Assembly (NCBI GenBank): GCA_041661645.1
Contig: JBAZUA010000003.1
Span: 22,841 to 86,840 of the forward strand
Reading direction: 5' to 3'
Source: Minisyncoccota bacterium
Lineage (GTDB): Bacteria > Patescibacteriota > Minisyncoccia > Phycocordibacterales > UBA6065
DNA: 64,000 nucleotides
Below, one piece after another: positions 1-9,974 of this stretch. The notes beneath the pieces were generated by a model. The model saw nothing but the letters and a program-made list of their open reading frames with translations. It did no database searches and was not told the DNA's origin. Position 1 is the first letter of the stretch. Every line of letters begins with the position of its first letter. The translations under genes were made by a program, and so were the position numbers.

Positions 1-1033
1 GAATCTTTCCTTGCCAATTCTCTCATGCGTGAACATCAAGGCTGACAAGAATTCCCTGCTTGTGAGGGCGACTAACCTTGATTGTGGCATAGAGATCAGG
101 ATACCAGCTAAAGTCGAGGCTGAGGGCGAAATTGCCCTTCAGGGAGGCGTTATAACATCACTCCTCTCCGGACTTTCGAAAGAGAAAAATGTTTCGCTCG
201 AACTCAAGGATGGGAATGTTCTCATATCAACGGCATCGAACAGAACTTTAATAAAGGCTTTTCCTGTAGAGGATTTTCCATCAATTCCAAAGATCGACAG
301 CTATAAGAGTGTGGATATGAGCCCGAAGATTCTCCTGAAGGGCTTAAAATCCGTTGTCTACAGCGCCTCGATATCGACCGTAAAACCTGAACTCGCGAGC
401 GTTTACGTGTACAAGGATGACTCTGACCTCGTTTTCGTATCAACCGACTCATTCAGACTTGCCGAAAAAAGGCTTAAGATAAAAGAGACCATAGATTTCC
501 CCTCCGTTATCATTCCCGCAAAGAACGTTACCGACATAATCCGCTCCCTCGAGAACAGTGTTGACGACATCAAGGTCGTTTTCGACAAGAATCAGATAGC
601 CTTCGAAGGGAAGGATATGTATCTCATGTCTCGCGTCATTGACGCGACATTCCCTGACTATAAGAACATTATCCCTAAGGCTTTCGTCACAGAGGTTATC
701 GTTCTTAAACAGGACTTCATCGATTCCCTCAAGACGTCTCACATATTCTCGGACAAGTTCAACCTCGTTAACCTCAAAGCCCTGCCCTCAAAGAAGACCT
801 TTACTATCGCCACCAAGAATAGCGATGTGGGGGAGTATGTGAACTCGATTGACTCAAGCGTCTCTGGTGATGACGTTGACATAAACTTTAACTACAAGTA
901 CATCTCCGATTGTTTCCAGTCAATTGACGCCGACAGCCTCTCCCTCTCCATTGCCGGCATGAACAAACCCCTTGTCATACGCGGGGTGTCAGACAAATCC
1001 TTCCTCTGCCTGGTGATGCCGATGAATAGATAG
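1..1033 (+). CDS. dnaN: DNA polymerase III beta sliding clamp (5' end lies before the window)
   Basis: ATNLD, DFPSIP, STDSFRLAE, FPDY and C-terminal LVMPM motifs of beta clamps; frame is open to the window edge. Confidence 0.97.
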   Translation, partial: NLSLPILSCVNIKADKNSLLVRATNLDCGIEIRIPAKVEAEGEIALQGGVITSLLSGLSKEKNVSLELKDGNVLISTASNRTLIKAFPVEDFPSIPKIDSYKSVDMSPKILLKGLKSVVYSASISTVKPELASVYVYKDDSDLVFVSTDSFRLAEKRLKIKETIDFPSVIIPAKNVTDIIRSLENSVDDIKVVFDKNQIAFEGKDMYLMSRVIDATFPDYKNIIPKAFVTEVIVLKQDFIDSLKTSHIFSDKFNLVNLKALPSKKTFTIATKNSDVGEYVNSIDSSVSGDDVDINFNYKYISDCFQSIDADSLSLSIAGMNKPLVIRGVSDKSFLCLVMPMNR

Positions 1034-1036
1034 GCC

Positions 1037-1288
1037 ATGTTCAATGTTGCCGACTATTTCAAGAAGTTCTCGAAGATAGAGGAAACAACCTTGACCCTCA
1101 ACGGCTTCATACGAAAAGCCCTTAAAGAGGTGTGTGGTATAGATACTGCCAGTTTTGAGGTGAAGAAGGGCGTGATCATCCTCAAGACCAATTCAATCGT
1201 GAAGTCTATTGTCTTCATGAAAAAAAAAGAGGTTCTCGAGCATCTCTCGAAAACCTCTCCCTCCTCAAAGATATCCGACATCCGCTAA
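1037..1288 (+). CDS. Small hypothetical protein following dnaN (possibly DUF721/DciA-like)
   Basis: 83 aa ORF starting 3 nt after dnaN; family call is only tentative. Confidence 0.6.
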   Translation: MFNVADYFKKFSKIEETTLTLNGFIRKALKEVCGIDTASFEVKKGVIILKTNSIVKSIVFMKKKEVLEHLSKTSPSSKISDIR

Positions 1289-3837
1289 CCCTCCAGTTTA
1301 ACCGAGAAGGTGGTGCTCGCCTCCGTCTCATTGAACACAGAGTCCCAACCAATGACCCGAATGTCGTTGGTCTCCTGTATGTTCGATATGTCTTTTGGGC
1401 TGAATCTGAAGATAAATGGTGCGCTTTCAAGTGTCTCTACGAATGTGCCGTTGATGTATAGGGATGCTTTTTTGAGCGGATACCTTCCTGTGGCCGATAT
1501 GATAGGGGCCATGTTGTTGTTTTTGTCATACGGTTTGGAAGGGTCTATGTTTTGTATGCCTATGTTTGGCTGATTCGCTGCCGTGTGAACGTCGTCGGAC
1601 TGGGTTGGGATAATGGACGAATCTTGGTCTACATAGCCTTGGGCGAGGGCCCAGGCGCGCACAGGGGTCTCCCAGTGGTCAAACTGCGGATCACCTTGTG
1701 GACTCGCTGGTGATGGTCCGAGCGGGTCATTTTTGTTCACCCAATAGAGTATCGAGTGGATTGATGGAACAACACGCTCCTCCTGTGTCTCAATTGGGGT
1801 GAGGCTGGTCGCCAGCTTTCCGGAGATCTTGTCTATAAAGTAGTTCTGACCCCCTTGCCATAGTCCATACATGACCGGCTTCAGTTTTGTCTTGTCGATT
1901 GGATCCTGATCGGTGAATTTTTCGTCGGGGAATAGGGCGAGGGCCTCTTTCATGATAGAGCTCCAGAGTGGTGCCACGATCTGGCCGGCAACCTTCTTTA
2001 CCATCGGCGAGTTGTCGTTGTTTCCCGCCCAGACGCCTATGACGACATTAGGGGTGTACCCGACGGTCCACGCATCAACCGAGTTGTTGGTTGTTCCCGT
2101 CTTCACCGCAACGTCTCGTCCGGGAAAATAGAGAACCGACTTTGGACCGTATGCGGGCGTACGGGCCTCGTTGTCGCTCAGGATGCTTGATATGGTGCGG
2201 GCGATATTCGGTGGAAGGGCCTGGCTCGGCTGCTGAGAGGGGAGTTTCACCTCTTTGCCCGATGAGTCAAGCACCTGCAGCACGGACTTGTAGGGAACAC
2301 GCATTCCATCATCCGCGAACACGCCATAGGCGCTCGTCATCTCGAGGAGCGATATCTCTCCTCCTCCAAGGACCAGGGTGAGACCGTACTGGTCCGCGTT
2401 GGTGAGACTTGTGATGCCCATGTCCTTTGCCAGATCGAGTGAGTCTTTTATTCCGGCGAGATAGAGGGTCTTTATGGCTGGAATGTTTATCGACTGGGCG
2501 AGGGCATCTCGTAGGCTGATTGGACCGCGAAACTTCTCGTCATAGTTTGATGGATTGTAGCAGACTGATGTCGAGGCCATGGGGTTCAGGGGCTTTCCGT
2601 CCATGTCGCACTGGGCGCTAAACTCCGTTTCGAGGTCGAACACCACCGTGTCGGGCGTGTATCCTTTTATGAATGCCTCCGAATAGATGATGGGCTTCAT
2701 CGTTGACCCCGGCTGTCGGTTTGGCGATATCGCGGCGTTGAACTGACCGTCAATATCCTTGTCGAAATAGTCCCGGGATCCGACCATCGAGAGTATCTCA
2801 CCGGTCTTTGGCGCGATTGCCACCAAGGCCGCGTTTTCAGCATCGAAGTTCTCTTTGTTGCTAAGGGCGGTTGCCTTCACGAGCGATTCAGCCTTGTTTT
2901 GGAGGTCGAGATTGAGCGTGGTTATGACCTTGTAACCGTTGCTGTCGAGCGCACCTGTGCCCAGTATTCCCTCAAGATATTTCTTCACAAAGAACACGAA
3001 ATGGGGTGCTCGTATGCCGTATTGGGTCTGAGGGGAGAAGGTGACCTTTTCTGCCTTTGCCTTATCGTATTCCGCCTGACTTATCTGTTTGGTATCGAGC
3101 AGGATGTTTAACACCAGGTTTTTTCGAGCCTCGAGTTTATCCCTATTCTTGCCGTAGGGAGAGAAGTAGGTGGTTGCCTGGGGAATGGAGGCGAGGTATG
3201 TCGCCTGCGCCAAGGTCACGTCTTTCGAGCTTGTGCCGAAGAACTGCTGAGCTGCCTCCTCGACGCCGTACATGTTTCCGCCGTAGGCCGTTTCGTTCAG
3301 GTATATCTCGAGTATCTTGTCCTTGGGGAGCTGCTTGTCGAGCTTTACGGCAAGAACCCACTCCTTGAGCTTTCTCGATATGGTCTTATCGGTGGTGAGG
3401 ACGGTGTTCTTCACCACCTGCTGGGTGATGGTTGATCCTCCTTGGCTGTATCCGCCGCTCGTCAGGTTGGCGAAGATGGCCCGGATGATAGAAGACACCT
3501 TTATGCCACCGTGGGTGTAGAAGTCCCTGTCCTCGATGGCGACCGTGGCTTTTTTTATGTAGGGGGAGATGCTGTCACCGGCCACGACCGTTCTTTTCAC
3601 GGTGTCATGAAGGTCGAATAGCAGCACCTTTCCGGTTCGATCATATATCTTGGTCGACTCCGAAACCCTTCTCTGGTCAAAGGAGGTCAGGTCGGGAAGC
3701 CTGAACGAGGAAACCCAGAATATTCCGATTCCGACGGCGACGCAGGCGATGGAGAGGATGATGGCCGAGACGTCTTTCAGGGTGTGGGACTTGAGATGGT
3801 GAAGGAGCTTTCGATAGAGGCCTTTTTTCTTGTGCAT
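1285..3837 (-). CDS. Class A penicillin-binding protein (transglycosylase/transpeptidase)
   Basis: N-terminal TM; EDRDFYTHGG and GGSTITQQVVK GT51 motifs; SxxK (GSTMKP), SIN and KTGT transpeptidase motifs. Confidence 0.96.
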   Translation of the reverse strand: MHKKKGLYRKLLHHLKSHTLKDVSAIILSIACVAVGIGIFWVSSFRLPDLTSFDQRRVSESTKIYDRTGKVLLFDLHDTVKRTVVAGDSISPYIKKATVAIEDRDFYTHGGIKVSSIIRAIFANLTSGGYSQGGSTITQQVVKNTVLTTDKTISRKLKEWVLAVKLDKQLPKDKILEIYLNETAYGGNMYGVEEAAQQFFGTSSKDVTLAQATYLASIPQATTYFSPYGKNRDKLEARKNLVLNILLDTKQISQAEYDKAKAEKVTFSPQTQYGIRAPHFVFFVKKYLEGILGTGALDSNGYKVITTLNLDLQNKAESLVKATALSNKENFDAENAALVAIAPKTGEILSMVGSRDYFDKDIDGQFNAAISPNRQPGSTMKPIIYSEAFIKGYTPDTVVFDLETEFSAQCDMDGKPLNPMASTSVCYNPSNYDEKFRGPISLRDALAQSINIPAIKTLYLAGIKDSLDLAKDMGITSLTNADQYGLTLVLGGGEISLLEMTSAYGVFADDGMRVPYKSVLQVLDSSGKEVKLPSQQPSQALPPNIARTISSILSDNEARTPAYGPKSVLYFPGRDVAVKTGTTNNSVDAWTVGYTPNVVIGVWAGNNDNSPMVKKVAGQIVAPLWSSIMKEALALFPDEKFTDQDPIDKTKLKPVMYGLWQGGQNYFIDKISGKLATSLTPIETQEERVVPSIHSILYWVNKNDPLGPSPASPQGDPQFDHWETPVRAWALAQGYVDQDSSIIPTQSDDVHTAANQPNIGIQNIDPSKPYDKNNNMAPIISATGRYPLKKASLYINGTFVETLESAPFIFRFSPKDISNIQETNDIRVIGWDSVFNETEASTTFSVKLEG

Positions 3838-3905
3838 TGGTTTACGATAGCATCAAACATATGGCCCCACAAGACAAGGAAAAACCCCTATGATACAGTG
3901 TTTAC

Positions 3906-5141
3906 ATGAAATTCTTCAGCAAGAAAAGTGTGGTTGATACTGACTCAAAAAAGATAGAGGAAATCCTTTCGAGGAGCGTCTCCAGCGTTCTCCCATCACG
4001 TGAGGCCCTTGCCACGGCACTCTCATCCGGCAAGAGGCTCAGGTTTTACATAGGGGCTGATGCAACTGGACCAAGTCTGCACATAGGTCATGCGACAAAC
4101 TTCATGGTTTTGGAGAAGATGAGGAGGTTGGGTCATGAGGTGATTGTGCTTTTTGGCGATTTCACCGCCATGATTGGCGACCCATCTGGTAAGGACTCTG
4201 CGCGCAAGCAGCTCTCGCCAAAAGAGGTGGCGGACAACATCAGGAGTTGGAAAGATCAGGTATCGAAGATAGTCTCATTCTCTGGAAGCAACCCTGCCCG
4301 CATAGAGAGAAACAGCAAATGGCTCGGAAAGCTGTCCTTCGGTGATGTGATTGACCTTAGTTCCCAGTTTACCGTGCAGCAGATGCTTGAGCGGGATATG
4401 TTTGATAAGCGCATGAAGGAAAATAAGCCGATCTTCCTGCATGAATTCATGTACCCCCTCATGCAGGGATATGACAGCGTGGCCATGGATGTTGATGTCG
4501 AGATTGGTGGCAACGATCAAACTTTTAACATGCTTGCCGGAAGGACTCTTCAGAAGAGCATTAACGGGAAAAACAAGTTTGTCATCGCAACTACTCTTTT
4601 GGTAAACCAGAAGACAGGTAAGAAATTGATGAATAAGAGCGAGGGCGGTTACATTGCCCTTAATGATTCTCCGGATGAGATGTTTGGTAAGACCATGGCT
4701 TTGCCCGATGAGGTAATTTTGTCCGTATACACTGACTGTACATATCTCTCCAACGAAGAAATAGAGAAAGAAAGGAAATTTATTTTAGGTGGAGGAAATC
4801 CTCGCGATGCCAAGATACGCTTGGCGCAGGCCCTCGTCTCGATCTATCATGGTGATGCTGCCGCTGCAAGGGCGCAGGAGTCCTTTGTCGGTGCGTTTTC
4901 CACGGGCGCCATGCCATCCGATGCCCCGGAGGCTTCAGTCGCCGCAGACGCTCTTTTGGTTGACGTGCTTCTTGGGGCGAAGCTTGTGTCCTCAAAGACC
5001 GATTTCAGGAGGCTTGTGTCAGAGGGCGCCATCAAGGATCTGAAAGGCCAGGGCGCTATCAAGGCTTTTGATGCCAAAGTGACATCTGACATGGATCTGA
5101 AGATCGGTAAGCACAGATTCCTGAAAATAAGCCTAAAATAG
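3906..5141 (+). CDS. tyrS: Tyrosine--tRNA ligase
   Basis: HIGH motif, GDPSG, YPLMQGYD, GGNDQ, KMSKS-like LMNKS, C-terminal S4-like domain. Confidence 0.97.
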   Translation: MKFFSKKSVVDTDSKKIEEILSRSVSSVLPSREALATALSSGKRLRFYIGADATGPSLHIGHATNFMVLEKMRRLGHEVIVLFGDFTAMIGDPSGKDSARKQLSPKEVADNIRSWKDQVSKIVSFSGSNPARIERNSKWLGKLSFGDVIDLSSQFTVQQMLERDMFDKRMKENKPIFLHEFMYPLMQGYDSVAMDVDVEIGGNDQTFNMLAGRTLQKSINGKNKFVIATTLLVNQKTGKKLMNKSEGGYIALNDSPDEMFGKTMALPDEVILSVYTDCTYLSNEEIEKERKFILGGGNPRDAKIRLAQALVSIYHGDAAAARAQESFVGAFSTGAMPSDAPEASVAADALLVDVLLGAKLVSSKTDFRRLVSEGAIKDLKGQGAIKAFDAKVTSDMDLKIGKHRFLKISLK

Positions 5142-5158
5142 CCCTTATTTTAAGGCAT

Positions 5159-5190
5159 GAAAAACACCTCACTTGAGTGAGGTGTTTTTC
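5159..5190. terminator. Bidirectional intrinsic terminator
   Basis: aaaaacacctcac-ttga-gtgaggtgttttt hairpin between convergent genes. Confidence 0.75.
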
Positions 5191-5222
5191 GTTCGTGGTG
5201 AGCTCTATGGGGATGGCGGCTC

Positions 5223-5471
5223 TTACCAGCTTTCTTCCTCGTCCACTAAGAAATCCTTGATGGGGTCATCGTCCTCGCCGTCCTCGTCCTTGTTGTCGAG
5301 GGGGTCCTCTATCTCGGCCTCCTCGTCGGCGGTCTCATCGTCATCGCTCGCCACTTTTTTTGGGCTCGGATCGTCCTCGCCCTCCTCCTCAACCTCTTCT
5401 TCCTTTTCGGGCGCGAGGGGTTTCTTTACCTCCTCAACCTCCTCCTTTTTTACGATTTTTTTCTGTGCCAT
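5223..5471 (-). CDS. Small acidic low-complexity protein
   Basis: 82 aa, K-rich start then strongly D/E-rich. Confidence 0.65.
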   Translation of the reverse strand: MAQKKIVKKEEVEEVKKPLAPEKEEEVEEEGEDDPSPKKVASDDDETADEEAEIEDPLDNKDEDGEDDDPIKDFLVDEEESW

Positions 5472-5555
5472 GTTCCTTGTGAATTTCTAAGTGCTATATT
5501 TTTAGCAGATATAGTTTTCTATTGCAATGAGCGGGACATGTGGATAACTTGCTCC

Positions 5556-5649
5556 TGGGGCCTACGGCCAAAGGCACGGATATTTTCCTGCCGGAAAATT
5601 CCTCGAGCTCGGTCCGTCGGCCTTGCTAGTCCTTTAGCCGTAGGCCCCA
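5556..5649. repeat. Intergenic long imperfect palindrome (REP/MITE-like)
   Basis: tggggcctacggc.aaagg pairs with cctttagccgtaggcccca; inner attttcc..ggaaaat hairpin. Confidence 0.55.
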
Positions 5650-5667
5650 CTCGCTTGTGTGAAGATA

Positions 5668-6144
5668 TTAAAACTTTTCGATCGCGAAACACGTCAGTCC
5701 AACGGCGATGGCATCGTATTCGTCGTCGTGCTTTATCTCCTTTTCGATGGATATGAGGCGGGGGACCATCGAGATGACCTGCCGTTTGTCGCTCTTGCCG
5801 TATCCGGTGACCGCGACCTTGATTTGGCCTGGGCCGTATTCGTAGACGGGCAGATTGTGGGCGGCTGCCTGATAGAGGATGACGCCGCGGGCCTCGGCTA
5901 CGGCGATGGCACTTTTCTTGTTCTCGCTGAAGAACAGGCTCTCGAGGCAGAGGGCCCGTGGGGCGTATTCGGAGATTACCCGTGCGAGTTCCTTTCCCAC
6001 GAGGCCGAGTCGTTCGGCGTGGGGGATTTTTGCTGATGTCTTGAAGCAGTCCGAATATATCAAAGTCTCCTTCTGGCGGGGGAGCCTTTCGAGCACGGCT
6101 ATGCCGAGGCGCTCGTATCCGGGATCAATGGCGATGATGCGCAT
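5668..6144 (-). CDS. ruvC: Holliday junction resolvase RuvC
   Basis: IDPG N-terminal motif, ESLFF, EARGVI, IKVAVTGYGKSDK, DDEYDAIA. Confidence 0.96.
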   Translation of the reverse strand: MRIIAIDPGYERLGIAVLERLPRQKETLIYSDCFKTSAKIPHAERLGLVGKELARVISEYAPRALCLESLFFSENKKSAIAVAEARGVILYQAAAHNLPVYEYGPGQIKVAVTGYGKSDKRQVISMVPRLISIEKEIKHDDEYDAIAVGLTCFAIEKF

Positions 6145-6189
6145 GGGTATATGATAACAAAAAAGCGACCCGTGCCGCTTTCCCGTTTT

Positions 6190-6717
6190 CTATTCTACGT
6201 TAGTGAAGATTTCCTGAACCTCCTCGCTTTCCTCGAGGGCGTCCACCAGCCTTCCGAGTCCTTCCAGATCCTCATCCGATATGTCGACGGTGGTCGTGGC
6301 CTTCCAGCCCGCGCCCTCGCGGACGAATGCCCAGGCGGCGCTGCCCGGGGCGGCCAGAGAGAGGCCGTTGTCTGACAATATGTGCTTCACCTCCTGCGCG
6401 GCTTTGTTCTTGTTGGTCGTGAGGGCCTCGATGAGGAGGGCACAGCCGCCTGGTCCATAGGCCTCGTACATGATTGCCTCGAGGGCCGCGCCTGGCTCGG
6501 AGGCCTTCTTTACGGCACGATCGATGACGTCACTCGTCACGTCCTCAGCCTTGGCCCGCTCGATGAGGGCGCGCAGGGAAGGGGAGTTTCGGTCGCCTTT
6601 GACCACGCGTGCCTCGGCGGATATGAGCTTCGAGTACTTCGAATAGAGCTTTGACTTGGCCCCGTCGGTCTTGGCCTTCTTGTTCTTTATCTGTGACCAT
6701 TTGTTGTGTCCTGACAT
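6190..6717 (-). CDS. yebC: YebC/PmpR family protein (short form)
   Basis: MSGHNKWSQIK start, YEAYGPGG, C-terminal VQEIFTN. Confidence 0.93.
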   Translation of the reverse strand: MSGHNKWSQIKNKKAKTDGAKSKLYSKYSKLISAEARVVKGDRNSPSLRALIERAKAEDVTSDVIDRAVKKASEPGAALEAIMYEAYGPGGCALLIEALTTNKNKAAQEVKHILSDNGLSLAAPGSAAWAFVREGAGWKATTTVDISDEDLEGLGRLVDALEESEEVQEIFTNVE

Positions 6718-6768
6718 GGAAAGTATTTTATACGAGCAGCCTGTTTTGTCTATAGTCTTGGATAAAAC

Positions 6769-7812
6769 TTACAGCCCAAGATCGCCCTTCTTGATTTTGA
6801 GATGCCCAAATGCCTTTTCCGTCGCTTTTCGTCCGCGCGGGGTGCGCTCGATGAGGCCGAGCTGGAGCAGATATGGCTCGTGCACCTCCTCGACGGTCGC
6901 CTCCTCCTCGGCAAGCGATGCGGCCAGGGTGTTCAGACCCACGGGTCCGCCGCCGAACTTGTCTATGAGCGTGTTCAGGAGGTCCCTGTCGTTCTGGGTG
7001 AGGCCGAGCTCGTCTATGCCGAGCATGGCAAGGGCCTTGTCGACGATGGCGGGGGAGACGGCCTCTTTCTCGACCTGGGCCAAATCACGGACTCGTTTGA
7101 GCAGGAAATTGGCCGTACGGGGAGTGAATCGGCTCCGCTTGGCAATTTTGTCTGATGACACTGGGTCTATGCCGATGCCCAAGACGCGTGCCGATCTGTG
7201 CACGATCTCTTGGATTTCTTTATCGGAGTAAAACTCGAGCCTGAATGTTCCACCGCTGAATCGCGAACGTAGTGGCGCTGACAAGAGGGCGATGCGCGTC
7301 GTTGCCGCGATGAGGGTGAACGGCGGAAGCTCGAGTTGAATGGTTCGCGCGCTCGGTCCCTTGCCGATGATGATGTCGAGCGAGCCTGATTCCATTGCGG
7401 GGTAGAGGACTTCCTCGATGGTCTTGTTCAACCGGTGTATTTCGTCAATGAAAAGCATGTCGCCCGGTGCCAGATTGGTGAGAATTGAGGCGAGGTCGCC
7501 GACCTTTTCGATTGCCGGTCCGGAGGTCGTCTTTATCTGGGACGAGGTTTCTTTTGCTATGAGATGTGCTAATGTGGTCTTCCCTAGACCTGGTGGTCCA
7601 TAGAAGAGTATGTGTTCGGGCGGATGCTTTCGCTCGGCGGCGGCACGGAGGAGGACCCGGAGGTTCTCTTTTATGGATTTTTGGCCTATATATTCGTCCC
7701 ACGAGGAGGGTCGGAGGGTCTGGTCGAGGAAGAGATCGTCATTTCCAAAGGAGCCTTTGTCTTTTGGGCTTTTGTCGCCATGGGCCTCTGGGTGTGTAGG
7801 GGTACTTGACAT
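6769..7812 (-). CDS. ruvB: Holliday junction branch migration helicase RuvB
   Basis: LRPSSWDEYIGQ, GPPGLGKTT, FIDEIHR, ERTPRGR. Confidence 0.98.
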   Translation of the reverse strand: MSSTPTHPEAHGDKSPKDKGSFGNDDLFLDQTLRPSSWDEYIGQKSIKENLRVLLRAAAERKHPPEHILFYGPPGLGKTTLAHLIAKETSSQIKTTSGPAIEKVGDLASILTNLAPGDMLFIDEIHRLNKTIEEVLYPAMESGSLDIIIGKGPSARTIQLELPPFTLIAATTRIALLSAPLRSRFSGGTFRLEFYSDKEIQEIVHRSARVLGIGIDPVSSDKIAKRSRFTPRTANFLLKRVRDLAQVEKEAVSPAIVDKALAMLGIDELGLTQNDRDLLNTLIDKFGGGPVGLNTLAASLAEEEATVEEVHEPYLLQLGLIERTPRGRKATEKAFGHLKIKKGDLGL

Positions 7813-7834
7813 ATGTAACGCTTCGTGCTAAGAT
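7806..7834 (+). promoter_or_regulatory. Sigma70-type promoter for the downstream ncRNA
   Basis: TTGACA (7806-7811), 17 nt spacer, extended TG, TAAGAT (7829-7834). Confidence 0.6.
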
Positions 7835-7840
7835 AGATAC

Positions 7841-8072
7841 ATGTTGGTGATTTGAAAGTCGGTCTTCCAGAGTATAAATCTCTAAGCAATTGAACCTTAC
7901 GGTTTACTAGTTGGTATTCTCGGGACGTTCTGGTTTGCACTCCGGTGCACTTCTGGGGCTATCCTAAGAACCCTGCTTAACTTTAGATGCATGTCTTTAA
8001 GTATTGCTTAGAGATTTATGATCTGGAATGTGAAGAGCTCGCTTCTGCCGTAAAGGTGGGTGCGGGCTTTTT
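7841..8072 (+). ncRNA. ssrS: Probable 6S RNA
   Basis: Rod fold: ~26-bp closing stem (7865-7890 with 8003-8028), large central bubble, G-U-rich inner stem, apical gtgcac hairpin; upstream promoter and downstream U-tailed terminator (8036-8072). Confidence 0.65.
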
Positions 8073-8162
8073 TCTTTCCATATACTACTCTTCTTATTCT
8101 CGCCCGCAACAGTCTTTCAGCAGGGGAACATGCATCCATGTGTAAGTAAAACTTGACGTGAA

Positions 8163-9848
8163 TTACTCTAGTTCGGCGAGGTCGATGACTCGCTCGAGCT
8201 CGTCGAGCGACGTCACTCCCGAGAGCACTTTCATGATGCCGTCCTCCCGCATGTCGGGTATGCCCTGGATGCGGGTGGCCTTCTTTATGTCTCGCTCGCT
8301 TGGGTTGACCTCGACAGCTTTCTCGAGTGCAGAGTCCGTTGTTACGGCCTCATATATGCCTATTCTGCCCTTATAGCCGCTCTTGTTGCAGAGTGTACAG
8401 CCTTGGGCGGCCCAGATTTTGTCCGTCTGTATCACGTCACCAATCGCTCGGTCCTGGATTCCGGCGACCACGGACGCGACGCGGATCCTCACCTCTCCCT
8501 CGAGTGGCATCTCTTTTTTACAGGCGGTGCAGAGCTTTCGCACGAGCCTCTGGGCGAGCACGACATTGATCGCAGAGGTCATCGTCTTCGGATTCACGTC
8601 GAGGTCAATGAGGCGAGGATATGCGCCTGCGGCGGAGTTGGTGTGGAGGGTCGAGAAGACGAGGTGTCCCGTCTCTGCCGAGTCGACGGCGATCTTTGCG
8701 GTCTCCTCGTCTCTGATTTCTCCGACCATGATCACGTCGGGGTCTTGTCGCAGGGCGGATCGGAGTCCAAGGGCGAAGGTGTAGCCCTTGTCGGGGTTCA
8801 CCTGGGTCTGCACGATGCCGGGGAGGTGATATTCGATAGGGTCCTCGATGGTTATTATCTTCACATCCGGCTTGTGGAGCTTTCGAAGAAAGGCGTAGAG
8901 GGTCGTGGTCTTTCCAGACCCGGTCGGACCGGTGTTCAGGATCATGCCGTTCGGTCGAGAGACCTCCTTGAGGAGTATGCCGAGGAGCTTTTCGGGAATA
9001 CCCAGGTCTTCCAGGGGAACCTGAATGGACTTTGGGTTGAGGATTCGGAGCACGATGGACTCATTGTAGGCACCTGGCAGTATCGAAGTTCTGATCTCAA
9101 TGTCGTCTTCGCCGACCTTCACGCTGAAGCGACCGTCCTGCGCCTCGGTCTTGACGTTGAGCTTCAGTCCCGAGAGGAGCTTGATGCGGGAGAGCAGCAG
9201 GCCAAAGGTCTCGAGGTCGAAGTTCAGTATGTCGGTGAGCACGCCGTCGAGCCTGTAGCGCAGTCGCACATAGCCCTCCTCAGGCTCGACGTGTATGTCC
9301 GAGGCTTTTGTCGCAAGTCCGCCAGAGAGGACGATCTCGAGGATTTTCGATATGCGGAAGCCCTTTTTCAGTTTGATGACATCCTCCATTGCCGCCTTCA
9401 CGTCCTCGATGGTGTGTATCTTTCCGATGAAGGTGCGTATGTCCTCGCTCGAGATGTCGAGCGCGCCCGCCTTGGTCTCGGTTGAGAAGGAGAGGTCCGA
9501 ATAGCGCGCCCAGGCCTTCTCGAGGCTCAGGATTGAGGCGATGTACACGACTGTCTCGTATCCCTTGGTCGTTACGGCATCGAGTGCGGCGAGGGTCTTC
9601 TCGTTTGCGGGGGAGAGCACGGCTATCTTGACGCGCTTGCCGACAAGACCGAACGGGGCGATCTTCGCCTCGCGCGCATCCGCCTCGGCAATCACGCGGA
9701 GGGCATCCATGTCTATGTGGAGGGGGCCGAGGTCGATGTACTCGAGGTCCTGTCGAGAGGCGGTGATCTGGGCGAGGTCCTCCTCCTCCCTTTTCCTGAA
9801 TTCGTCGAGCTTTTTATCCTGCTTTTCTTCGTCAAATGAGATAGACAT
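8163..9848 (-). CDS. pilB: Type IV pilus assembly ATPase PilB / GspE family
   Basis: ASDIHVEP, GPTGSGKTTT, TIEDPIEY, LRQDPDVIMVGEIRD, tetracysteine motif, GYKGRIGIYE. Confidence 0.93.
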   Translation of the reverse strand: MSISFDEEKQDKKLDEFRKREEEDLAQITASRQDLEYIDLGPLHIDMDALRVIAEADAREAKIAPFGLVGKRVKIAVLSPANEKTLAALDAVTTKGYETVVYIASILSLEKAWARYSDLSFSTETKAGALDISSEDIRTFIGKIHTIEDVKAAMEDVIKLKKGFRISKILEIVLSGGLATKASDIHVEPEEGYVRLRYRLDGVLTDILNFDLETFGLLLSRIKLLSGLKLNVKTEAQDGRFSVKVGEDDIEIRTSILPGAYNESIVLRILNPKSIQVPLEDLGIPEKLLGILLKEVSRPNGMILNTGPTGSGKTTTLYAFLRKLHKPDVKIITIEDPIEYHLPGIVQTQVNPDKGYTFALGLRSALRQDPDVIMVGEIRDEETAKIAVDSAETGHLVFSTLHTNSAAGAYPRLIDLDVNPKTMTSAINVVLAQRLVRKLCTACKKEMPLEGEVRIRVASVVAGIQDRAIGDVIQTDKIWAAQGCTLCNKSGYKGRIGIYEAVTTDSALEKAVEVNPSERDIKKATRIQGIPDMREDGIMKVLSGVTSLDELERVIDLAELE

Positions 9849-9885
9849 GGCACTATTGTAGCCTTTTGGGGCTGTTTTAATACCA

Positions 9886-9913
9886 TTGACAAAGCTGTAT
9901 TATTTAGTATAAT
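9886..9913 (+). promoter_or_regulatory. Consensus sigma70 promoter
   Basis: TTGACA-16 nt-TATAAT. Confidence 0.65.
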
Positions 9914-9974
9914 AGTATGAGTGGGGTGGCATGTCGCCATATGTACAGAAACTCAGTCTTTTCCTTACTCAGTC

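Noticed and set aside
8403-9485. Long opposite-strand ORFs (e.g. 8403..9485, 11549..12499, 53875..55041)
   Set aside because: Shadow frames of well-supported genes with GC-rich third positions; no recognisable motifs.
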